Assembly (NCBI GenBank): GCA_045107155.1 | Contig: JBGCFW010000126.1 | Coordinates: 3,320-67,319, forward strand | Source of the DNA: Ilumatobacter sp. | GTDB taxonomy: Bacteria > Actinomycetota > Acidimicrobiia > Acidimicrobiales > Ilumatobacteraceae | DNA length: 64,000 bases | Direction: 5' to 3' | Part shown: in pieces, positions 17,834 to 25,383 of the stretch | How positions within the stretch are numbered: position 1 is the first letter of the stretch | Layout: the number at the start of each line of letters is the position of its first letter | Made by a program: the position numbers and the translations under genes | The notes under the pieces: generated by a model | Seen by the model: the letters and a program-made list of their open reading frames with translations, nothing else | Databases searched by the model: none | Told to the model about the DNA's origin: nothing

Positions 17834-18298
17834 TCAGCCGTGCCGGGCAGCGGTGTCGTTGCGGTACTCCGCAGCGAGGTCACCGACCGCAGCCGGAAGA
17901 TTACCGTCCACGAGATCGGCGATCGTGACCGTCTCGAGCACCCGGCGAAGACTCCCCCGCACCGCCATCCAGACCTGCGGCAGCGCCTCGACGGGCTCGG
18001 GGTACGTGAGATCGCGCAAGCTCTCGTCGTGCACGTCGGCCAACGGGCCGTCGATCGCGCGGAACACGTCAGCCAACGTGATCGTCTCGGGAGGACGAGA
18101 CAGCGTGAAGCCGCCATCGGGTCCACGCTTGGACCGGATCAACTCTGCACGCTTCAGATCTCTGAGGATGTCCAAGAGGTACTTGAGCGAGATGCTCTGA
18201 CGAGTGGCGATGCCGTCGGCTTTCATCGGCGCACCGTCGCCGCCCGCGAGCTCCGCCGTGGCGCGCACCGCGTTGTCCACTCGCTCCGAGATCCGCAT
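17834..18298 (-). CDS. Rrf2-family transcriptional regulator (cysteine-free, CymR-like)
   Basis: MRIS.R.D.AVRA, S.RG..GGF.LSRP...ITLADVFRAIDGP; contains no Cys. Confidence 0.9.
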   Translation of the reverse strand: MRISERVDNAVRATAELAGGDGAPMKADGIATRQSISLKYLLDILRDLKRAELIRSKRGPDGGFTLSRPPETITLADVFRAIDGPLADVHDESLRDLTYPEPVEALPQVWMAVRGSLRRVLETVTIADLVDGNLPAAVGDLAAEYRNDTAARHG

Positions 18299-18346
18299 CG
18301 GCGACGACGCTATCGGTCGACTCCCGACCTCGACGGGAGCCCCGAG

Positions 18347-19135
18347 TCAGCGACCGCCCGGACGGCTCTCCGCGCTCGGGTGATGCTGGATCGATCGCAT
18401 CCGGTCGAGCCACCCCAGCAGCACGGCGATCGCTCGTGGATCATGACGCAGTCGATGCCCTGCGCCTGCGAGCAGCGACAGCTCTGCATCCCCGTGTGCA
18501 TTGACGAGCTGGCGGGCATCGGACACCGGAACGCTGTCGTCGTCGGCACCGTGCATCACGAGCATCGGCCGCGGCGCGAATCGGCGTGCCGCCGCGATGG
18601 GTCGAAACCGACGGAACTCACGCGTCCACTCGTCGATCGACGGCGGGAAGCTCCGATCGTGCACCGCCCCGATTTCGCGGGCGTGCTCGAGGAAGCGGCG
18701 CGGATGCTGCGCCCAGTCGTCAAAGTCCGCACGCGGGCTCAAGAGACCGACCGCCGACACCCTGGGGTCGTCGGCGCCCACGCACACGGCGATCGAACCG
18801 CCGGTGTTCGTGCCCAGGAGGATCACCCCGTTCGGTTGACTCACCGACATCAGGTGGGTGATCGCGTTGCGCAGATCGTCGACCCAACCCTGCAGCGAGA
18901 AGTCTCCCTGGCTCGTGCCGCACCCGCGGAAGTTGAAGGTCATCGTCACGCATCCGAGCGAGTTGGCCGCTCGGTCCATCAACTGGGGGAACGTGCCTGC
19001 CGACCGCTCGGCGTCGAGCGGCCCGATCGGGAAGCCGTGGCACAAGATGATGCCGGGACCCGACTGCACCGCTCCTGGCGGATGGCCGATGTGGCACGCG
19101 AGTTCGAACCCACTGGAATCGAAGGTCGAGTCCAT
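18347..19135 (-). CDS. Alpha/beta-hydrolase-fold protein with an atypical nucleophile elbow
   Basis: ILCHGFP, FNFRGCGTSQG, GTNTGG, HGADDDSVP, GAGH. Confidence 0.8.
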   Translation of the reverse strand: MDSTFDSSGFELACHIGHPPGAVQSGPGIILCHGFPIGPLDAERSAGTFPQLMDRAANSLGCVTMTFNFRGCGTSQGDFSLQGWVDDLRNAITHLMSVSQPNGVILLGTNTGGSIAVCVGADDPRVSAVGLLSPRADFDDWAQHPRRFLEHAREIGAVHDRSFPPSIDEWTREFRRFRPIAAARRFAPRPMLVMHGADDDSVPVSDARQLVNAHGDAELSLLAGAGHRLRHDPRAIAVLLGWLDRMRSIQHHPSAESRPGGR

Positions 19136-19160
19136 ACCGGGCATCAGAAAGACGTCGAGA

Positions 19161-19385
19161 TCAGGCGCGGGGCTTGAGATGGCGGCGACGCTTGCCCGGC
19201 GTGGCGAGTGTGTAGCCGCGATTGCGCGCTTCGTCGAGCGTGTCGGGGCCGAAACCGAGCCCGACACCTTCGTCGGCGATCTCGTTGATGATGTCGTCGT
19301 CGTCCCAGGTGGTGAGGTCGTACACGAGCTGGGTGCGCTTGTCGCCGATGAAGCGGAAGCCCTCGAACTTCGGGTGGTGATCCAT
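19161..19385 (-). CDS. Small hypothetical protein (74 aa)
   Basis: MDHHPKFEGFRFIGDKRTQLVYDL...FGPDTLDEARNRGY; normal composition and GC3 bias. Confidence 0.7.
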   Translation of the reverse strand: MDHHPKFEGFRFIGDKRTQLVYDLTTWDDDDIINEIADEGVGLGFGPDTLDEARNRGYTLATPGKRRRHLKPRA

Positions 19386-19463
19386 CACGGAGGTGAAACT
19401 AGCCGCACGGCCGCGCGAACCACCCGAACGAGCGTCGTCCGGCTTGGCGCTGCCCCGACGCGA

Positions 19464-19504
19464 CGATGCCAGGCCACGCCCGGGACGGGCACAGCCTGGC
19501 ATCG
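19464..19504 (-). terminator. Long GC-rich hairpin (tail-less actinobacterial-type terminator)
   Basis: CGATGCCAGGCTGTGCCCG-TCC-CGGGCGTGGCCTGGCATCG: a 19-bp stem that is complete only on the minus strand, via G-U pairs. Confidence 0.65.
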
Positions 19505-19710
19505 AACGGACTGACTTGGGCCTGAGGTCATCGTGACGACAACGACAGGTGTCGATGTCGACGCCACCGGGACCACTTGCGGCGATGACGATCAGCGGTG
19601 GTCGGCGGGAATTCGCCGGGCCGGTCCAGCCTGTCGACCTAGCGGCCGACCACCTCCAGGGTCCCCTGTTGTTCATCTGGCATGTTTGGACCACCTCCTG
19701 TCTCTGGTGT
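19464..19710 (-). ncRNA. Putative structured small RNA / leader encoding a 14-aa peptide (19639-19683, MPDEQQGTLEVVGR)
   Basis: -10-like TACAGT (19716-19721), strong SD AGGAGG, internal 10-bp stem, 3' hairpin. Confidence 0.5.
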
Positions 19711-19793
19711 CGAGAACTGTAGAACAGGTTCAGCGACGAGACGAAGCGGGTTGTCGATCGGCGAAGCCTGGGTGGACCGGGACCCCCGCCGAC

Positions 19794-20252
19794 TCAGTCG
19801 GCGATGACGTCGTCGAGCGGCGCCTGCGGGCCGACCGCACCGATCACTTCGAAGTACGCCAGGTGCGCCTCGCGGACGTTCACCGCATCGCCGTCGTCGA
19901 GCAGGTCCACGTCGGTGCGGTCCGCCTCGCCGAGCAGGTATGCCGTGAGGCCGTCCTCGGTGACCACGACCGTGTCGTCGATGTGCTGGCGTCGATCGAC
20001 CACCTTGTCGGGTTGCAGCCCCTGGGCGTGCAGCCACTGCATGTGAAACACCAGCAGCTGCTCGACCTCGCCCGGTGTCAGCCGGGCCTGACTCTCGACC
20101 GGCAACCGATCGCACACGAAGTCGGTCGCCTCGTCGAGTGACCACACGGCCCGCGGAGCGACCGCATCGAGTCGATGCGCTTCACGCCCGACCACCACCG
20201 CGGCGATCACGAAGACGATCACCGCTGCGAGAACGACGAACAGAATCAACAC
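19794..20252 (-). CDS. Hypothetical protein with N-terminal TM anchor
   Basis: Hydrophobic N-terminus followed by an acidic soluble domain; good codon bias. Confidence 0.75.
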   Translation of the reverse strand: MLILFVVLAAVIVFVIAAVVVGREAHRLDAVAPRAVWSLDEATDFVCDRLPVESQARLTPGEVEQLLVFHMQWLHAQGLQPDKVVDRRQHIDDTVVVTEDGLTAYLLGEADRTDVDLLDDGDAVNVREAHLAYFEVIGAVGPQAPLDDVIAD

Positions 20253-20334
20253 GACGTCAACCTACCGATGGCACCGAACAGCGCGACCTCCCGCACCGAA
20301 CCCCAGCCGTCCAGCGTGAGACTCCGAACAGCAA

Positions 20335-20383
20335 GAACCCTCGACCGGTCTCTGGCCACGGAGGCCGGAGCGGTCGAGGGCTC
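20335..20383 (-). terminator. Intrinsic terminator after the acyl-CoA dehydrogenase gene
   Basis: Minus strand GAGCCCTCGACCG...CGGTCGAGGGTTC followed by TTGCTGTT. Confidence 0.65.
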
Positions 20384-20464
20384 GTGACGGCGACATCGTC
20401 CCGAGTGAGGAACGATGACGGCGGTCGACGAACGAGTCGCCGAGCGTTCACGCCGGAGGTGGTA

Positions 20465-21580
20465 TCAGATCCCGATGCGCTGAGCGAGCTGCTCGCGGTG
20501 GAACGTCGGATCCCCGAACATCAGCTCCGAGCTCTTCGCACGCTTGAAGTACAGGTGCGCGGGGTGCTCCCAGGTGAAGCCGATGCCGCCATGGATCTGA
20601 ATGTTCTCGGCTGCCGCGTGGAAGTACGCCTCCGAGCAGTACGCCTTGGCGAGCGACGCCGTCGAGGCGAGTTCGTCGTTCATCTCCGACGCACACCAGA
20701 GGCCGTAGTAGGCGGCCGACTTGGCCGACTCGACCTCGAGCAGCATGTCGGCGCACTTGTGCTTGATCGCCTGGAACGAGCCGATCGGGCGACCGAACTG
20801 GACACGAACCTTGGCGTACTCGACAGCCTGCTCGAGCACCATCTGGGCGCCGCCCACCTGCTCGGCAGCGAGGCCGACAGCCACGAGGTCGAGAACCGTC
20901 GAGAAGACCTCCCACCCGTTGCCCTCTTCGCCGATGAGCGTTGCGGGCGTGTTGTCGAAGTCGATCTTCGCCTGCTTGCGGGTCTGATCCATGGTGGAGA
21001 GCTGCGTGCGGGTGATGCCCGAGGCGTCGCCCTGCACGGCGTAGAGGCTGGTGCCGGCGCCCGACTTGGCCACGACGATGATCAGGTCGGCGATGTGCCC
21101 GTCGATCACGAACGACTTCGTGCCGCTGAGCGTCACGTCACTGCCCGAGCCGGAGGCTTCGAGGGTGATGCCCGACTCGTCCCACTTGCCCGACGGCTCG
21201 ACGTGGGCGACCGTGGCGATCGTGGTTCCGGCGGCGATGCCGGGCAGGTGCGCCTGCTTGGCAGCATCGTCACCCGAGTGGATGAGCGTGTTGGCAGCGA
21301 GCACGGCGGTGGAAAAGAACGGCGCGCACAGCAGGGCGCGACCCATCTCCTCGAGCACGATGCCGAGCTCGACGAAGCCGTATCCCGATCCGCCGTACTC
21401 CTCCGGGACCGCGAGGCCCTGCAGGCCCATCTGCTCGCCCATCTGCGACCAGACGGCATCGTCGTAGCCCTTGTCGGTCTCCATCTGCTCACGGACGGCC
21501 TCTTCGGAGCTCTTGGCTTCGAGGAAGGCACGCACGGTTTCGCGCAGCGCCTCTTGTTCTTCGGTGAATGCAAAGTTCAT
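20465..21580 (-). CDS. Acyl-CoA dehydrogenase family protein
   Basis: MNFAFTEEQ start, LSGTKSFV, RVQFGRPIGSFQAIKH, QIHGGIGFTWE. Confidence 0.93.
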   Translation of the reverse strand: MNFAFTEEQEALRETVRAFLEAKSSEEAVREQMETDKGYDDAVWSQMGEQMGLQGLAVPEEYGGSGYGFVELGIVLEEMGRALLCAPFFSTAVLAANTLIHSGDDAAKQAHLPGIAAGTTIATVAHVEPSGKWDESGITLEASGSGSDVTLSGTKSFVIDGHIADLIIVVAKSGAGTSLYAVQGDASGITRTQLSTMDQTRKQAKIDFDNTPATLIGEEGNGWEVFSTVLDLVAVGLAAEQVGGAQMVLEQAVEYAKVRVQFGRPIGSFQAIKHKCADMLLEVESAKSAAYYGLWCASEMNDELASTASLAKAYCSEAYFHAAAENIQIHGGIGFTWEHPAHLYFKRAKSSELMFGDPTFHREQLAQRIGI

Positions 21581-21624
21581 GAGCGAGATCGTGGCGCGCT
21601 TGCCAGGCGCGGCGCAACTCTGCT

Positions 21625-21634
21625 TGTGTACACA
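21625..21634. promoter_or_regulatory. Palindromic operator of the vapBC operon
   Basis: Perfect TGTGTACACA immediately before the antitoxin GTG; degenerate second copy follows. Confidence 0.55.
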
Positions 21635-21635
21635 C

Positions 21636-21935
21636 GTGGACACACATCCGAAAGCATCGACCGACACCCGATCTGCAGGCGTGCGCGAACTCCGGTCCGG
21701 GATCGCCGATGCCGTGCGGCGCGCCGCTGCAGGCGAGCGAACCATCGTCACCTCATCGGGAACACCCGTCGCACAGTTGGGCCCACTCGACGCCGATGCA
21801 CCCGACCTGGAGCGCCTGATCGGGTCGGGCGCCGTCACGCCACCGAGGCACCACAGCGCATGGCGGGCACCCGAACCGGTTGCGGTCTGGGCCGGCGTCC
21901 GCATCGACCAGGTCCTGCGGGAACTTCGCGGATGA
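21636..21935 (+). CDS. Phd/YefM-family antitoxin (VapB)
   Basis: GVRELR.....VRRAAAGE..IVT..G.PVAQL.P; start inferred. Confidence 0.85.
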   Translation: MDTHPKASTDTRSAGVRELRSGIADAVRRAAAGERTIVTSSGTPVAQLGPLDADAPDLERLIGSGAVTPPRHHSAWRAPEPVAVWAGVRIDQVLRELRG

Positions 21936-21987
21936 CGGATTCGCAGCTCCACGAGCACGCGACACCCGGTGCATCGAGTCGCGCGCG

Positions 21988-22392
21988 ATGACGGTGGTCC
22001 TGGACACGTCAGCGGTGCTCGCCATCGCCGTCGACGGACCCCAGCGCGCGACGGCACTCGCGGCACTCGATGTCGACGAGGTGTGGGCCGCATCCGCGAT
22101 GGCGCTCACCGAGGCGCTCCCAGCAATCGACCGACTCGCGGACGACGACATTCTTCGACTCGACCTGGAGGACGCGATCAGAAGGCTCTGGGACCACCTT
22201 CACGTCGTCCCCGTCGACCAACGGTGCCTCGATGCCGCCGCCTCACTCGCGCGCTCTCAACCGGTCCGTCTCAGCGACGCCATCCACTTCGCCGCCGCGG
22301 GCCGACTGCCAGCACCCATCAGATTCGTCACGTTCGACCCGACGCACATCGGGGTCGCGATGGGCCTCGGGTTCGACGTGATCTCAACCTAA
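21988..22392 (+). CDS. vapC: PIN-domain toxin VapC
   Basis: VLDTSA, LTEA, LSDAIHFAAA, FVTFD: acidic active-site residues present. Confidence 0.88.
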   Translation: MTVVLDTSAVLAIAVDGPQRATALAALDVDEVWAASAMALTEALPAIDRLADDDILRLDLEDAIRRLWDHLHVVPVDQRCLDAAASLARSQPVRLSDAIHFAAAGRLPAPIRFVTFDPTHIGVAMGLGFDVIST

Positions 22393-22457
22393 AGTTCAGG
22401 TCGAGGTCAATGAGGGACGGCGGCGGCGAGTTGCCAGGCCGGACGCGGCACCCGGGC

Positions 22458-23885
22458 TCAGTTGACCCGGATGAGGCGGAACGTGTCGGTGTCCTGCGAG
22501 ATGCCGGCGACCACGCCCACGAGATCGCCCGTTTCGACGAGCCCGTCGCGCCGAGCCCGATTGACCGCCTGGCGGACGCGCTCGACATAGTCCGGCGTGT
22601 CAGTCTCCAGCAGCAGCGGCACCACGCCCCAACTCGACGCGAGCTGACGGACGGTTTGCGGGTTCGGACTGAATCCGAGAATGGTCGAACGGGGGCGGAA
22701 CCTCGCCATCGACCTCACGGTGAACCCCGACTCGGACACGCACAGGATCGCGGCCAAGTGGGCCGAGACCGCGGCCCGTGCCGCCGCGATGGTGATCGCG
22801 TCGGTGATCGTCGTCGTGTCGTTGTCGGTCCGCCCGGCCATCCGCAGCTCAGCGACTTGCTCTGCCCATCCGGCATGGTCGAACCGCTCGTCGGCCGTCT
22901 CCGCGATCTGCGCGATCATCGCGACGGACAGCGCCGGCTGTGCGCCGATCGCCGTCTCCGCCGACAACATCACCGCCGACGTTCCGTCGAACACCGCATT
23001 GGCGACATCGGTCGCCTCGGCTCGCGTCGGTGACGGCGCCGTCACCATCGAGTCGAGCATCTGTCCCGCCGTGATGACCGGAAGGCCACCTGCGATGCAG
23101 TCGCGGATGATTCCCTTCTGCACGTGCGGCAGATCCTCCAGTGGACTCTCCATACCGAGACCGCCACGGGCCACCAGCACTGCCGATGCCGCTTCGATGA
23201 TGCCGTCGAGTTCGGGCACCGCAGCCGCAGACTCGACCTTTGCGACCAGGAGGGGACCCCGCGGATGAGGCTCGAGGCCGAGACCGCGCAGTTCGGCGCC
23301 GTTGCGCACGCTGACCGAGACGATGTCGACGCCCTCCTCGACGAAACGCTCGACGACCGCGCGGTCAGCATCGGTCACCGCTCCGAGATCGTTGGTCGCG
23401 AACGGGATGTTCACGCCCGATCGACCGTTGAGCCGGCCGCCGGTGACCACGCGACACAGCACTTCGGGATCGCGCACCGACTCCACCACCACGACGACTT
23501 CCTCGCCGTCGCCGATCGAGATCCGATCGCCGACGCGGCAGTCCTCGACGAGGTGTGAATAGTCCACGTAGATGCGCTCGGACGAACTCTCATCGCTCCC
23601 ACCGACCAGTGCGACCCGCTGACCGGCCACGAGTTCCATGCCGGTGCGCGGCGTGCGCCCGATGCGGATCATGGGACCGGGGAGATCGATCATCGTGGCG
23701 ACCACCAGCCCGAGCTCGTCGGCGACCTCGCGGACCTTGCGATGCTTCTCGATGGCCGTGTCCAGCGGCGTGTGAGCGATCGAGATGCGCGCCACATCCA
23801 TGCCGGCGCGCATCATGTCAGCGATGACCGACGTGTCGGAGCTGGCCGGACCGATGGTTGCGATGATCTTGGTGCGACGTGCCAC
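22458..23885 (-). CDS. pyk: Pyruvate kinase family protein with degenerate active site
   Basis: RRTKIIATIGPA, PTRAEATDVANAVFDGTSAVMLSAETA; but ARGGLG and AGQML replace ARGDLG and ATQML. Confidence 0.85.
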   Translation of the reverse strand: MARRTKIIATIGPASSDTSVIADMMRAGMDVARISIAHTPLDTAIEKHRKVREVADELGLVVATMIDLPGPMIRIGRTPRTGMELVAGQRVALVGGSDESSSERIYVDYSHLVEDCRVGDRISIGDGEEVVVVVESVRDPEVLCRVVTGGRLNGRSGVNIPFATNDLGAVTDADRAVVERFVEEGVDIVSVSVRNGAELRGLGLEPHPRGPLLVAKVESAAAVPELDGIIEAASAVLVARGGLGMESPLEDLPHVQKGIIRDCIAGGLPVITAGQMLDSMVTAPSPTRAEATDVANAVFDGTSAVMLSAETAIGAQPALSVAMIAQIAETADERFDHAGWAEQVAELRMAGRTDNDTTTITDAITIAAARAAVSAHLAAILCVSESGFTVRSMARFRPRSTILGFSPNPQTVRQLASSWGVVPLLLETDTPDYVERVRQAVNRARRDGLVETGDLVGVVAGISQDTDTFRLIRVN

Positions 23886-23924
23886 GAGCGGTCACGGTAC
23901 CGCGACGCCTGCAACACTGCTGCC

Positions 23925-24554
23925 ATGTCGAAGATCCCGTCGAACACACTGCACTGGTCCAACGCCGACGCCGAGATCCACAGGGTCGTGGTCGGACCCT
24001 ATGAGAACAACGTCTTCGTGGTGCGCTGCACCCGCACTGGCGACGCAGTGCTGATCGATGCCGCGAACGAACACGAGATGCTCCTCGAACTCTGCGACGC
24101 GCTCGGCGTCACTCGCGTCCTCGAGACTCACGGACACTGGGATCACATCCAGGCCGTCCCGGCGATGCGCGAGGCCGGCTACGAAGTCGCCGTCACCAAG
24201 CTCGACGCACCGAAGCTCGACGAAGTCGGCTACGACGTGTTCCTCGACGACACCGAGGTCATCGAGTTCGGCAAGCTCCGACTGCACGCGATCCACAACC
24301 CGGGCCACACGCCGGGATCGATCTCGTTCGCGCTCGAGAACACTCCCTTGCTCTTCACCGGCGACACGCTGTTCCCGGGCGGTCCGGGCAACACGAGTTT
24401 CGAGGACGCGTCGTTCGACACGATCATCGACTCGATCACCAACAAGCTCTTCACCTTTCCCGACGACACGATCATCCTCCCCGGACACGGCCTCGACTCG
24501 ACGATCGGCAACGAACGCCCGCACCTCGAAGAGTGGATCGAGCGCGGTTGGTGA
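23925..24554 (+). CDS. MBL-fold metallo-hydrolase (glyoxalase II-like)
   Basis: THGHWDH, PGHTPG, FTGDTLF, PGHG. Confidence 0.9.
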   Translation: MSKIPSNTLHWSNADAEIHRVVVGPYENNVFVVRCTRTGDAVLIDAANEHEMLLELCDALGVTRVLETHGHWDHIQAVPAMREAGYEVAVTKLDAPKLDEVGYDVFLDDTEVIEFGKLRLHAIHNPGHTPGSISFALENTPLLFTGDTLFPGGPGNTSFEDASFDTIIDSITNKLFTFPDDTIILPGHGLDSTIGNERPHLEEWIERGW

Positions 24555-24558
24555 CCCG

Positions 24559-24954
24559 ATGAGATATGACCAGCGGCCACTCGACCACACGCCGGTTCAC
24601 ACCGACGATCTGCCGCCCACCCCGATTCGCGACCGCAACGTTCCGGCCACGGCCTGGGTCGAGGCGCCCGCCACGCTGCTCGCCCTCGGCGATGACCTGC
24701 CGGATGCGCCCGTCGCCGAATACAAGCGTCGCATCGGACCGTGGATCCTCTGGCGCGCCGGACCGGCCAGGAAGGGCGACGCTCGGTACTGGGTGACCCA
24801 CGACGCGAGTGGTGCTGAGTACTCGCTCCGGCTGTTTCCCGACGGCTCTGCCGACGGCGTCGGCCCGAGCGGTGTGCGGCACGATCGCTTCCGATCGTGG
24901 AAGGAAGACCTCCGCGACTCCGCCGAAACGATCGAGATCGCCGAGGTCACCTGA
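24559..24954 (+). CDS. Hypothetical protein
   Basis: ATG 4 nt after the MBL stop; MRYDQRPLDHTPVHTDDLP... Confidence 0.7.
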   Translation: MRYDQRPLDHTPVHTDDLPPTPIRDRNVPATAWVEAPATLLALGDDLPDAPVAEYKRRIGPWILWRAGPARKGDARYWVTHDASGAEYSLRLFPDGSADGVGPSGVRHDRFRSWKEDLRDSAETIEIAEVT

Positions 24955-24956
24955 CG

Positions 24957-25268
24957 TCAAGCCGGCGAGAAACAGTCGTCCTCGATCTTCTCGCCGGTGA
25001 CGTCGAATGCTTCGGAATCGGAGTCCGGGTTCTCGAAGACCTCGAGGCCGGCAGCGGCCTCCTCGTCGGACAGTGCGCCGACGATCTCGCGAATGCAGTC
25101 CTCGTCGACTGCGATCGCTCCGTCGGTGTTGAAGTCGGCAATCGCCGCGATCGCTGCGTCGGCGAGCTCGGCCTGCGGACCGTCACCGGCGGCGTCGTCC
25201 GATCCACATGCTGCGAGTGCGATCGAGGCTGCTGCCAAGGCAGCCATGGTCGTGCGTGTTGTCCTCAT
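24957..25268 (-). CDS. Small acidic lipoprotein
   Basis: Lipobox LAACG; two further Cys (possible disulfide). Confidence 0.75.
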   Translation of the reverse strand: MRTTRTTMAALAAASIALAACGSDDAAGDGPQAELADAAIAAIADFNTDGAIAVDEDCIREIVGALSDEEAAAGLEVFENPDSDSEAFDVTGEKIEDDCFSPA

Positions 25269-25383
25269 GGGAGATCTCCGTCTCTGTCGTACCCGGCGGT
25301 GGCCGAGTGACGACGGAAGCTACGGACGCGCCATCATCGCGGCGTCATCCGACCTCGGCGACCGAGCCCGTGCAACGTGTCGC

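Noticed and set aside
19639-19641. Pyrrolysine or readthrough at the micropeptide TAG
   Set aside because: No pyl genes in the window, and the downstream frame is short and not protein-like.
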